The translations under genes were made by a program, and so were the position numbers. DNA of 64,000 nucleotides from NCBI RefSeq assembly GCF_041886205.1, contig NZ_CP169029.1. One strand, 5' to 3'. Below are positions 1 to 9,080 of the stretch, piece after piece (the stretch's first letter is position 1; each line of letters opens with the position of its first letter). The DNA comes from Escherichia coli (lineage in GTDB: Bacteria > Pseudomonadota > Gammaproteobacteria > Enterobacterales > Enterobacteriaceae). The notes beneath the pieces were generated by a model, which was not told the DNA's origin, ran no database searches, and saw nothing but the letters and a program-made list of their open reading frames with translations.

Positions 1-1
1 A

Positions 2-1081
2 ATCATTGGTCAATTGCATAACATTCAGGGCCGACAATTATTTTTAATGGCATTTCACCAATCGCATACCAGTTTTTCTGTAGCAAATGCACCTGATGAA
101 CCACATATTGAACAATTGGTTGGCGAGTGCCGTGTTATGCGGCAATTAAAACGACTCATTAGCCGTATTGCACCCAGCCCATCCAGCGTTATGGTGGTTG
201 GTGAAAGCGGCACGGGTAAAGAAGTCGTCGCCCGAGCAATCCATAAGTTGAGCGGAAGACGGAATAAACCCTTTATTGCTATCAACTGTGCCGCGATTCC
301 GGAGCAGCTTCTGGAAAGCGAACTGTTCGGTTATGTTAAAGGCGCATTTACTGGCGCTTCTGCCAACGGTAAAACAGGGTTGATTCAGGCGGCGAATACG
401 GGCACGCTGTTTCTCGATGAAATAGGTGATATGCCATTAATGTTGCAGGCTAAATTACTGCGCGCTATTGAGGCGCGTGAAATTCTGCCGATTGGTGCCA
501 GTAGCCCAATACAAGTCGACATTCGCATCATTTCTGCAACTAATCAGAATTTGGCCCAGTTCATTGCCGAAGGTAAATTCCGCGAAGATCTCTTCTACCG
601 ACTTAATGTTATCCCGATAACTCTGCCACCGCTGCGTGAACGTCAGGAAGATATTGAACTATTGGTGCATTACTTTTTACATCTGCATACCCGTCGTCTG
701 GGATCGGTTTATCCTGGCATTGCTCCCGATGTCGTCGAAATATTGCGTAAGCATCGTTGGCCCGGAAACCTGCGCGAGTTAAGCAATTTGATGGAATATC
801 TGGTTAACGTGGTTCCTTCAGGTGAAGTTATCGACAGCACGCTATTGCCGCCAAATCTGCTGAATAATGGCACAACGGAGCAAAGTGATGTAACAGAGGT
901 CAGTGAGGCGCACCTGTCACTCGATGATGCGGGCGGCACGGCGCTGGAGGAGATGGAAAAGCAAATGATCCGCGAGGCGCTTTCACGTCATAACAGCAAG
1001 AAGCAAGTTGCTGATGAACTGGGCATCGGCATTGCTACGCTCTATCGCAAGATTAAGAAATATGAGTTGTTAAACACATAA
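2..1081 (+). CDS. ygeV: sigma54-dependent transcriptional activator, C-terminal 359 codons (5' end lies outside the window)
   Basis: The reading frame is open from the window edge. AAA+ Walker A 'GESGTGKE', the sigma54-contact 'GAFTGA' loop, Walker B 'LFLDEIGD' and a C-terminal Fis-type HTH 'IATLYRKIKKY' are present. It sits next to xdhCBA as in K-12. Confidence 0.9.
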   Translation: MIGQLHNIQGRQLFLMAFHQSHTSFSVANAPDEPHIEQLVGECRVMRQLKRLISRIAPSPSSVMVVGESGTGKEVVARAIHKLSGRRNKPFIAINCAAIPEQLLESELFGYVKGAFTGASANGKTGLIQAANTGTLFLDEIGDMPLMLQAKLLRAIEAREILPIGASSPIQVDIRIISATNQNLAQFIAEGKFREDLFYRLNVIPITLPPLRERQEDIELLVHYFLHLHTRRLGSVYPGIAPDVVEILRKHRWPGNLRELSNLMEYLVNVVPSGEVIDSTLLPPNLLNNGTTEQSDVTEVSEAHLSLDDAGGTALEEMEKQMIREALSRHNSKKQVADELGIGIATLYRKIKKYELLNT

Positions 1082-1090
1082 CCTCAGTGA

Positions 1091-1114
1091 ATCCGGCCTG
1101 AATTCAGGCCGGAT
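1091..1114. terminator. perfect 24-bp palindrome between convergent ygeV and xdhC (likely bidirectional terminator hairpin)
   Basis: The sequence 'atccggcctgaattcaggccggat' is self-complementary and lies between two convergent stop codons. Confidence 0.5.
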
Positions 1115-1120
1115 ATCCTT

Positions 1121-1600
1121 TTACTTCGTTTTCTCGCAATCCAGAACTGTATTTACAATCATCTGATACCCCGTGCAGCGACAAAGATTTCCCGCCAGTC
1201 CGCGACGAATTTCCGTAATGGTTAATGGCTTCTCGCGTGGTTTCGCCAGCATTGCCGTGGTAGCCATAATCAGGCCAGGCGTACAAAACCCGCACTGCAC
1301 TGCGCCGGATTTCGCATAAGCCTGCTGAACATGAGAAAGTTTTCCGCCTTTCGCTTCACCTTCCAGCGTGCGGATCTCTTTTCCTTCAGCCCAGGCGGCA
1401 AGGTATAAGCAACTGTCTATTGCTGTGCCGTCGACCAACACCGTACAGGCACCACATTCACCCACGCAGCACCCTTGTTTGACACTTAGCAGTCCTTGTT
1501 CGCGGAGTAATTCCGAGAGCGGCGTGCCTGGTGCGGCGTGAAGCTGAAAAGGCATCCCGTTAATGGTGCATTCGATGGTAATTGTTTCGCTGTGATTCAT
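1121..1600 (-). CDS. xdhC: xanthine dehydrogenase [2Fe-2S] iron-sulfur subunit
   Basis: 159 aa with the two ferredoxin-type Cys clusters '[11 protein letters not shown]' and 'CGFCTPG...CRCTGY'. It overlaps the xdhB stop. Confidence 0.9.
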
Positions 1601-2475
1601 TGCAATTTTCCCCCCGCCGCGGCGACGGCTTCGCTAATCACTTTTTTGGTCATCGTCTGGATGAGATGCAGACGAAACTCTTTACTGGCCCGCCATGAAG
1701 AACGCGGGGCGACATCTTGCAGGACAGATTCGCTGATAGCTTCCAGCGTTTGCAGGTTTAATGGCGCATTTTGTGCAGTCTGTTCGGCATGTTGGCAGCG
1801 AATCGGCGTTGGCGCGGCAACACCAAATGCCAGGCGTAATTCGCTGAAATTGCCGTTATCCAGTCGGCAATGTGCGGCGCAGCCAATCGTTGAAATATCC
1901 ATTGCGTCGCGCATGGCATATTTAAAATGCGCGCTGCCCGCGTGTTCTTTCGGCTGTGGCGGAAAATGAAAGGCGACGAGGATTTCGTCATGCTCAAGAG
2001 ACACTTTGCCCGGCCCGGTGTGAAAGCCATTAATCGGGACGAAACGAACACCGCGCGGGGAGTGGATCTCCAGTTTCGCGTCATAAATTAGCGTTGGCGT
2101 GGCAGAATCTGCGCTGGTGGCACCGTTGCAAATATTTCCACCGTAGGTAGCGACGTTACGGATCTGCGGTCCAGCAATGGACGTGGCCGCAGCACATAAC
2201 GCCGGGAGATGACGTTGAGTTATAGGATCTTCTATTAGCTGGGTAAATGTCGTTGCAGAGCCGATACGTAGCGAGCCATCTTCCGCCAGCGTAATTCCCC
2301 GCAGCTCCGCCAGATTATGAATATCAACAATATGGCGATAACGGTCATTGTGATGGTGGAGCTGAATCAGTACGTCAGTGCCACCGGCGAGCAGTTTGGC
2401 CTGCGGGTTGTCAGCCAGCAGGTTGATGGCATCGGCAAGGGTTGCTGCGCGATGGTAAGAAGCAAAATCAAACAT
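1597..2475 (-). CDS. xdhB: xanthine dehydrogenase FAD-binding subunit
   Basis: 292 aa with CO-dehydrogenase flavoprotein-type motifs ('LLAGGTDV', 'TYGGNICNG'). It lies between xdhA and xdhC. Confidence 0.9.
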
Positions 2476-2485
2476 GATGTTATCC

Positions 2486-4744
2486 TCAAATCAATCCTAC
2501 CAGATGGAACTCTTCATATAACCGTTTTGGCGTCAGCGGCAGTGTATTGATTGCAACACCGGTAGCCATCTTCACCGCGTTACGAATAGCAGCGGCAACA
2601 GGAATTATTGGTGGCTCACCCAGTGACTTATGTCCGTATGCGGATTGCGGCTCATTGATTTCGACGAACGCGCTTTCCAGTTGTGGCAGATCCGGCATGG
2701 TCGGCATTTTGTAATCCAGCAGATTGGGGTTACGGACCACGCCGCTTTTAGCATCGATGATCATCTCTTCAAATAGCGCCCAGCCAATGCCCATTCCCAT
2801 TCCGCCGTGTACCTGACCTTCTGCCAGCAGTGGATTAAGAATATGCCCTGAATCATGAACGTTGAGGATGCGGTTGATGGTGACTTTGCACAGCGCAATA
2901 TCGACCGTCAGATCAACAAAGGTACAGCCAAACGCCGGTGGGTTAGTGGTGGTTTTGATGGAGCTTTCAGCAGAGAGCTGCCCGCCGCGTTCAGGGTGGT
3001 AGAAAGCGTCCATCGCCAAATCTTTTAACGACATTAACGGCTCTTCCGGTCGTTCAACCAGCACGATATGGCCTTTTATCAGGGTCAGATTCATCGCTGA
3101 CTGATGTAGCATGACTGCGGCGTGAGCGATGATTTTCTCTTTTAATAATAGTGCCGCACTGCGCAGCGCAGGCGCGGCAACATAGCTCTGGCGTGAGGCA
3201 AATGCGCCGGGATCGAACGGCGTAACGTCGGTATCTTGAGTTGAAATAACGCGAACGTCGCTGACCGGAACCCCCACGGTTTCTGCCACCATTTGCGAGA
3301 AGACGGTGTCGGCACCCTGACCGATTTCCGTCGCGCCGCTTTGCACGTTGATGGTTCCATCCTGATTCATCAGAAGGCGCGCGCCTGCTATTTCTACGCC
3401 GACAGGCCAGGTGTTAGAGGTGTAGCTAAAACAGGCGACGCCAACGCCGCGGCGCAAATTGCCTTGCTGGTTCTGGCATTCTGCACGGCGTTTTTCCCAT
3501 TCAAAGATTTTCCGGCCTTTTTCAAGACACTCCGGCAACCCTGCGCTGTAAATACGTTTGCCCGTGAGCGGATTAGCATCTCCTTCGCGGGCGGCGTTGC
3601 GTAAACGAATTTCAACAGGATCAATACCTAACGCTGTCGCGGCGTCATCAAGCATAGACTCAACGGCAAATACGACTTGTGGCGCGCCATAACCACGCAT
3701 CGCACCAGCCGAGGGGAGGTTGGTATAGCAGGTCTTTGAACTGTAAGCGTAGGCACAACGAGGATAAAGGTAAGCGACTTTATTCCCCCCCGCAGAAGCG
3801 ATGGAGTGCCCGTGAGATGCATAAGCGCCGGTGTTAGACAGAACATCCAGACTATAACCTTTCAATGTTCCGTCGCGGTTCACGCCCATTTGCCCGTCAA
3901 TAGTAAAAGCGTGGCGGGTACGGGTTGCGAGGAAACACTCTTCACGGCTAAGGGAAACTTTCACCGGAATGCCGCCAAGCTTGCTGGTCAGGAATGCCGC
4001 CATTGGCTCTTCCAGTACATCCTGTTTATTACCAAAACCGCCACCGACAAATGGTTTGATGACTCGTACGCATGACCAGGGAATATCCAGCGCCTGACCA
4101 ACCACGCGGCGAACAATGTGCGGGATCTGGGTGCTGGAAACGATGGTAATTCGCGAGTCATTCTCCATCCACGCCAGCGATGTTACGCTTTCCATGTGAC
4201 AATGTTGAATAACGGGGGTCTGATAGTGCCCCTGTACCTGGTAGTCGGCGGCATCGATTGTTTGTTGGACATTGCCCGTCGACATCGTGCTTTGTTTCAG
4301 TAAATTGCCGCCGTTATGGATTGGTGCAGCGTCCTCTGCCAGCGCCGCTTCTGGCGTGGTGATAACGGGTAATTCTTGCCACTCAATGCTGACCAATTGC
4401 GCCGCTTTTTCTGCCGTGAGTTCATCGCGGGCCACGACGATGGCAACGGCGTCACCATGATGACGAACATGGCGAGTTAGCAGTGCGCGATCGGCGGTAT
4501 CGCGCTTGTTTTCGTCAAGTGTCCATGCATGTCCAGCTGTAGCGAATGGGATATCAGGCACATCTTCCCAGGTAAAAATCGCCAGTACGCCCGGTAAACT
4601 TCTGGCTTGTTCATCATTAATACTTACGGCATAACCATGTGCGATAGGGCTACGTACATATTTCGCATAACACATGCCCGCCATAACATAATCGTCAGTA
4701 TATCGTGCCCGCCCGGTGACCTTAGCAATGGCATCGACGCGCAT
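2486..4744 (-). CDS. xdhA: xanthine dehydrogenase molybdenum-binding subunit
   Basis: Aldehyde oxidase/xanthine dehydrogenase a/b-hammerhead and MoCo-binding domains. The start is taken at 'MRVDAIAKVTGRARY' (752 aa, the length I recall for K-12) rather than at the 13-codon upstream extension in the ORF track. Confidence 0.88.
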   Translation of the reverse strand: MRVDAIAKVTGRARYTDDYVMAGMCYAKYVRSPIAHGYAVSINDEQARSLPGVLAIFTWEDVPDIPFATAGHAWTLDENKRDTADRALLTRHVRHHGDAVAIVVARDELTAEKAAQLVSIEWQELPVITTPEAALAEDAAPIHNGGNLLKQSTMSTGNVQQTIDAADYQVQGHYQTPVIQHCHMESVTSLAWMENDSRITIVSSTQIPHIVRRVVGQALDIPWSCVRVIKPFVGGGFGNKQDVLEEPMAAFLTSKLGGIPVKVSLSREECFLATRTRHAFTIDGQMGVNRDGTLKGYSLDVLSNTGAYASHGHSIASAGGNKVAYLYPRCAYAYSSKTCYTNLPSAGAMRGYGAPQVVFAVESMLDDAATALGIDPVEIRLRNAAREGDANPLTGKRIYSAGLPECLEKGRKIFEWEKRRAECQNQQGNLRRGVGVACFSYTSNTWPVGVEIAGARLLMNQDGTINVQSGATEIGQGADTVFSQMVAETVGVPVSDVRVISTQDTDVTPFDPGAFASRQSYVAAPALRSAALLLKEKIIAHAAVMLHQSAMNLTLIKGHIVLVERPEEPLMSLKDLAMDAFYHPERGGQLSAESSIKTTTNPPAFGCTFVDLTVDIALCKVTINRILNVHDSGHILNPLLAEGQVHGGMGMGIGWALFEEMIIDAKSGVVRNPNLLDYKMPTMPDLPQLESAFVEINEPQSAYGHKSLGEPPIIPVAAAIRNAVKMATGVAINTLPLTPKRLYEEFHLVGLI

Positions 4745-5197
4745 GCATGATTCACCCGTAGCGGTTGCTTCCCGCGCTTCCATAGAAATCCCCTCGATTT
4801 GAACATTTGGTTCTTATGGCAAAGATTTAGTCTAAGCAGGCAAGATTTACGCCAGAAACGACGATAAGCGTTAGGGGAGGAAGGAAGTGTGATGACGTTA
4901 AAAAAACACAGATATGATACGAAACAGGACTCTGAATAGGGACAGTGATACGTATCAATATGAGTGGCGATAAAATCAATGTGATAAATCAGGATTATTA
5001 CGCATCAGGATGGGAAATAGGGTAAAAAGTCAGGAACTTCGATACCTCTACAGCGAATATTTTGCTGATGATACTTCCCTTTGCCAAATGAAATTAACCT
5101 CTTTCTCTATTACCACGTTTTTCCAGAAGCAAGAGATTGGGTATCAAGAGGCTGGCTGCTATGATATGGCGTCTTGTTTTTTAAGCGAGGAAAGATT

Positions 5198-5953
5198 TTG
5201 AGTGCGGGACGCCTGAATAAAAAATCTCTGGGTATCGTGATGTTGTTATCGGTTGGACTGCTTTTGGCGGGCTGTTCGGGTAGCAAATCATCCGATACAG
5301 GAACGTATTCCGGCTCCGTTTACACCGTGAAACGGGGGGATACGCTATATCGTATTTCGCGCACCACGGGAACCAGCGTAAAAGAACTGGCGCGACTGAA
5401 CGGCATTTCCCCCCCTTACACCATTGAAGTTGGTCAGAAACTAAAACTGGGTGGGGCGAAAAGTAGCAGTAGTACACGTAAATCAACCGCCAAATCAACG
5501 ACCAAAACCGCATCGGTTACACCGTCATCAGCGGTACCGAAATCATCCTGGCCGCCAGTAGGGCAACGTTGTTGGTTATGGCCAACGACAGGGAAAGTTA
5601 TCATGCCGTATTCGACAGCAGATGGCGGCAATAAAGGGATTGATATCTCAGCTCCACGGGGTACACCTATTTACGCCGCGGGTGCAGGAAAGGTGGTGTA
5701 TGTGGGCAACCAGCTGCGTGGCTACGGTAATCTCATCATGATTAAACACAGTGAAGATTACATTACGGCTTACGCCCATAATGACACGATGCTGGTAAAT
5801 AATGGGCAAAGCGTGAAGGCTGGGCAAAAAATCGCCACCATGGGGAGCACTGATGCGGCATCTGTTCGCCTGCATTTCCAGATTCGTTACCGTGCAACGG
5901 CAATTGATCCGCTACGTTACTTGCCGCCTCAGGGCAGCAAGCCAAAATGCTGA
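5198..5953 (+). CDS. ygeR: LysM + M23 peptidase-domain lipoprotein
   Basis: Lipobox 'LLAGCSG', a LysM domain ('YTVKRGDTLYRISR...'), and a C-terminal M23/LytM domain ('GIDISAPRGTPIYAAGAGKVVY...HLHFQIR'). The TTG start gives 251 aa, as I recall for K-12. Confidence 0.88.
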   Translation: MSAGRLNKKSLGIVMLLSVGLLLAGCSGSKSSDTGTYSGSVYTVKRGDTLYRISRTTGTSVKELARLNGISPPYTIEVGQKLKLGGAKSSSSTRKSTAKSTTKTASVTPSSAVPKSSWPPVGQRCWLWPTTGKVIMPYSTADGGNKGIDISAPRGTPIYAAGAGKVVYVGNQLRGYGNLIMIKHSEDYITAYAHNDTMLVNNGQSVKAGQKIATMGSTDAASVRLHFQIRYRATAIDPLRYLPPQGSKPKC

Positions 5954-6031
5954 TGGCGAATTAATCAGCAGTCAGCAGCGTGGCACTTGCTAAGGAGAGC
6001 GTAAGGTTTATAATGCCTTACGCATCTCGAA

Positions 6032-6105
6032 GCGGGCGTAGTTCAATGGTAGAACGAGAGCTTCCCAAGCTCTATACGAGGGTTCGATTCCCTTCGCCCG
6101 CTCCA
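6032..6105 (+). tRNA. glyU: tRNA-Gly, anticodon CCC
   Basis: A 74-nt cloverleaf can be read by eye: acceptor gcgggcg/cgcccgc, anticodon loop 'cttcccaag' (CCC), T-arm 'gagggttcgattccctt', and an encoded CCA. Confidence 0.92.
6076..6105 (+). repeat. attL: 30 bp of the tRNA-Gly 3' end, repeated exactly at 19239-19268
   Basis: 'acgagggttcgattcccttcgcccgctcca' occurs in direct orientation at both positions. Confidence 0.9.
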
Positions 6106-6110
6106 GTTTA

Positions 6111-6140
6111 CTGATAAATAAGCATATTTTTATTTATCAG
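6111..6140 (+). other. AT-rich hairpin just downstream of glyU (11-bp stem, 8-nt loop)
   Basis: 'ctgataaataa' pairs with 'ttatttatcag'. There is no U-tail, so terminator function is uncertain. Confidence 0.3.
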
Positions 6141-6453
6141 CTAGTTACTTAGCCCCGCTAATGCAGGTACAGTCGTAACTACACATTGCACAATCGCCGC
6201 GCCTGTCGCGTGGTTGGTGTGTGGTAGTCGGGAGCATATCACCGCGCTGGCAGTGGTTTCAACGTTCTTACTGCGACAGCCCAACAACGAACAAAAGCCG
6301 CCTGCCCGGCATAATCCCGAAGACTTTTAGTGAAGCGCATTTTAGCCCGATGCCCCCGTTCTGTCGCCGTCGCGAGACGCCGCAGGGGATAAACAGGTTT
6401 ATGGTGGTCACGGTACTTGCAGACCATATGCAAGCTCTGCCAGCGGTTCGGCC

Positions 6454-6562
6454 TCGCTCCCCTTGGGTACATGGTCATCCTGATAAACTTCACTAACTGA
6501 CATAACGCTGATAAAGTCGCCAGAGGCTCCGCTTGTCTCTTTACCACTAATGGGGCTTTATG
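6454..6562. repeat. copy A of a ~110-bp diverged direct repeat
   Basis: By eye it aligns with 7004-7110 at roughly three-quarters identity. Shared blocks include 'ctcgctcc..gggtacatg.tcat', 'ttcact..ctgacataac.ctgat', 'gtcgcc', 'ctccgc' and 'ttaccac.aa.ggggct.tatg'. Confidence 0.7.
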
Positions 6563-6635
6563 GCTTCTATTGCCTTGATTTTTAATGTTTATGTTCTAGT
6601 CTGAATGTAACTTTGACACAGCAAGGAGTGAAAAA

Positions 6636-6914
6636 ATGTCTGATAATATGAAACGTTTCGAAGTTAAACGAGAAGGCATAGTTTACGGATATGTAGAAGA
6701 GGGTACATTTGAAACCCGGCGTTGGAATTTCGTCTACCCAATCGTAGATGGAAAGATATCTATGGACATTACGACCGTTAATATCCAAAAACAAGACGGA
6801 AAGACCCTTTTGGAATCACAAATCAAAAATATTGGTTTTGATGTCGATTTTGAAAAAAGAACCCTTACAAGAAATGATGGTACAGTTTTTGATTTAGTTG
6901 AAATCGATAGTTAA
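6636..6914 (+). CDS. hypothetical 92-aa protein (no family recognised)
   Basis: A strong RBS 'aaggag' lies 8 nt upstream of the ATG. The gene is AT-rich and followed by a hairpin. It sits between the two repeat copies. Confidence 0.55.
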   Translation: MSDNMKRFEVKREGIVYGYVEEGTFETRRWNFVYPIVDGKISMDITTVNIQKQDGKTLLESQIKNIGFDVDFEKRTLTRNDGTVFDLVEIDS

Positions 6915-6939
6915 TCATCACTAAAAGTCTTCACACTTG

Positions 6940-6972
6940 GGCAGGAGTACCCACCCCTTGGGAACTCCTGCC
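6940..6972 (+). terminator. stem-loop downstream of the 92-aa ORF
   Basis: 'ggcaggagtaccca' pairs with 'tgggaactcctgcc' (14-bp stem, one mismatch, 5-nt loop). There is no clear U-tract. Confidence 0.35.
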
Positions 6973-7003
6973 TGTATTCAAACCCGTTTCAAGTAGCTAC
7001 GTT

Positions 7004-7110
7004 CTCGCTCCTTCGGGTACATGATCATGATAAAATTCACTGTCTGACATAACCCTGATGCTGTCGCCTGACGACTCCGCGTGTTGTCTTACCACCAACG
7101 GGGCTATATG
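7004..7110. repeat. copy B of the ~110-bp diverged direct repeat
   Basis: See copy A (6454-6562). Confidence 0.7.
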
Positions 7111-7247
7111 CGCGCTTTGTTTAAATGGCCCCAATTTAAAGATTCACATGGGAAAGGCCTGCACTTCTGAAAACCCGCTTTCTCAAATTCAATTGAAAAC
7201 GGGTTAATATACTATTACTCAATTTTTTTTCTAAATAATAATCAGTC

Positions 7248-8387
7248 TTATTTGATTAAAGAGTAAATTCCATCTCTATCTAAAAAATCAATGACGTCGT
7301 AGTATGATATTGATAACTCCCACGATCCTAATGCATAGCATTGAATTTCGTACGGGCGGAAATGAAAAGTTAATCCTGAATCATGTATAGTAAAAATATC
7401 TAAACGGCTTTCTAAAATCCCCTTTACCATTTCAGCTAAAGTAGTGTCGTCCGGTTTTTGACCAGTCCTCTCCCAAAATACACGTGGAGCATCTGACATG
7501 AGTTTTTCTTTAATTTTTTTAATAGCATCTAAGTGGGTGCCTCGAATGAAAAGCTCAGATAGAGAAAATTTATATGCGTAGTCATTATCTGTAACCACAA
7601 AATTACTCACAGCAAAGTGGCTGTTTGGGTGTGCAGCGCCAGCGCCGTACCAGTCTACGTTATGTAAGATGCTTATAACATTTTTATTGCAATAAGCAAT
7701 ATAATACATTTCATTGTAATAGCTTGTGTACGTACTTTTATATTCTTCATGCCAGCCAAAATTGTGTGGCCAAGGCGACGTTCTGTTATCAAACACTAAG
7801 CTTGCTACACGGCCTGAAAAATAATTAGATATTATTTCTGCCGACTCTGGAAATAGTTGACTGCTTATTTTCGGGTAAGTTATTTCAAGCTCATGGCTAG
7901 GGATGGTGTTGTGATCTTCTTTATGTGTTAGGCTTATGAATGTAAAGCTGCCGTGTGTAACCCCGCTTGTTACTTCAAGGTTTTGTTGGGTTGCAGCCAG
8001 GTTTAATGATCTTTCTAAAATATCCCAGCCATCAGATCTTTTGTAGTCGATGTATTGGATTTTACTAGATATTAAGGATGGGACTTCGGCGTCGTCAATC
8101 AGCAGTGGGACTACGACGACATCATCTGGTTTATAATATTTTAACTTTTCAATGGCGTCATTTATTTCGCGCCTGATGTATCCATTTTTATTACAGCTAA
8201 CTTTGCTAAGTATTATTATGATAACATTTGCATTGTTAAAATTCTTTTGTATTTCATAATCCCAAATCACACCACCCGGAATATCTTTTATATCCATCCA
8301 CGGTTTATAGCCATTGTTTTTCAACTTTTCATAAATTGACTCGGTTATTTTTTCATCTTCTTTAGCGTGAGCCAAGAATATCTTCAT
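7248..8387 (-). CDS. TIR-domain protein with C-terminal DUF4163/DUF3298 (RsiV/PdaC-like) domain, 379 aa
   Basis: The N-terminus follows the TIR_2 pattern ('KIFLAHAKEDEK..', 'PWMDIKDIPGGVIW', 'VIIIILSKVS', conserved Glu in 'YIRREINDAIE'). The C-terminus carries DUF3298 signatures ('DWYGAGAAHPNSHF', 'FTIHDSGLTFHFRPYEIQCYALGSWELSISY'). The RBS is 'agagga'. There is no signal peptide or TM segment. The gene is very AT-rich. Confidence 0.75.
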   Translation of the reverse strand: MKIFLAHAKEDEKITESIYEKLKNNGYKPWMDIKDIPGGVIWDYEIQKNFNNANVIIIILSKVSCNKNGYIRREINDAIEKLKYYKPDDVVVVPLLIDDAEVPSLISSKIQYIDYKRSDGWDILERSLNLAATQQNLEVTSGVTHGSFTFISLTHKEDHNTIPSHELEITYPKISSQLFPESAEIISNYFSGRVASLVFDNRTSPWPHNFGWHEEYKSTYTSYYNEMYYIAYCNKNVISILHNVDWYGAGAAHPNSHFAVSNFVVTDNDYAYKFSLSELFIRGTHLDAIKKIKEKLMSDAPRVFWERTGQKPDDTTLAEMVKGILESRLDIFTIHDSGLTFHFRPYEIQCYALGSWELSISYYDVIDFLDRDGIYSLIK

Positions 8388-8991
8388 GTTTAATCCTCTA
8401 TGTGAATCACTCTATAAGGTTGATACTTGTGACATATAAAATGCATTTATTATATTGCAATAAGTAAGGTATCGATAGTCTGTGTTTTCTAAAGCCCAAT
8501 GCGTTGAGAGCAAAAGTTAGTGCTAAGATGAGTTAACTTTTTGACTATCAAAAGCGGTCTTTGAGAAGCAGTGACCCATAAATGTGATATCCGTGCTAGA
8601 TGTCTGAAAATTTCCTGCTTCAGGCCACATTTTACTCTTGGCTGTTAAGCAAACTGGGGAGTTTTATCTCGACTTGAAAAATTGCACGCTTATGGTTGCC
8701 CCTCCCTCAACGATTAAGGCTTCAACTTCCCCCGTGCGCCTCTCCCAGCCGAAGGCTGGGCGGGCTGTATATCGATTTGCCTTTCTCTGTGGCGTTTATG
8801 ACCCTGTTTCGCGTTCTGATCATGAGGCTGTGGGTTAGGGTTAATCTTCTCTTTAAACGCTAAATCACTCTTGACTCTCCGCTGTTAAAGCACTTTGCGT
8901 TGATGCTTGGCGCTTCTCTTGGCTGTCGTTATTGTTTTGGCTTCGGTGTCATCAATCGTTCGATTCTTGCTACCTGTCTGAGTGATTACTA

Positions 8992-9065
8992 TCTGGTATC
9001 ATCAATTTAGGGTTTGACTAAATGCTACCACCAATGCAATGATGCTACCGTTTTGTGATACCAGA
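8992..9065. promoter_or_regulatory. res-like recombinase binding region upstream of the serine recombinase gene
   Basis: A perfect 10-bp inverted repeat 'tctggtatca' (8992-9001) / 'tgataccaga' (9056-9065). Internal direct repeats are 'tcatcaat' (8949, 8998) and 'atgctacc' (9022, 9042). The region ends 15 bp before the ATG. Confidence 0.4.
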
Positions 9066-9080
9066 CGGGTGAGGTGAACC

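Noticed and set aside
2486-4783. Numerous 60-170-aa antisense or out-of-frame ORFs inside xdhA, yqeF, aas, ptsP, tas, lgt, the DUF4139 gene and other genes.
   Set aside because: They are nested within strongly supported long genes, lack RBSs and have biased composition typical of shadow frames.
6221-6547. ORFs 6221-6496 (+) and 6239-6547 (-) as real genes.
   Set aside because: They overlap each other completely on opposite strands, have no RBS and match no recognisable family. The region looks like decayed sequence containing repeat copy A.
7248-8387. Whether the TIR gene is the ThsB component of a canonical Thoeris system.
   Set aside because: No SIR2/Macro-SLOG (ThsA-like) gene is adjacent. 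The neighbours are a 92-aa orphan ORF and a serine recombinase. The TIR protein also carries its own large C-terminal domain. It was therefore treated as a distinct single-gene architecture.
8638-8838. The 66-aa ORF between the TIR gene and the recombinase.
   Set aside because: It has no RBS, an odd composition and no family resemblance. It lies in a probable regulatory or non-coding spacer.
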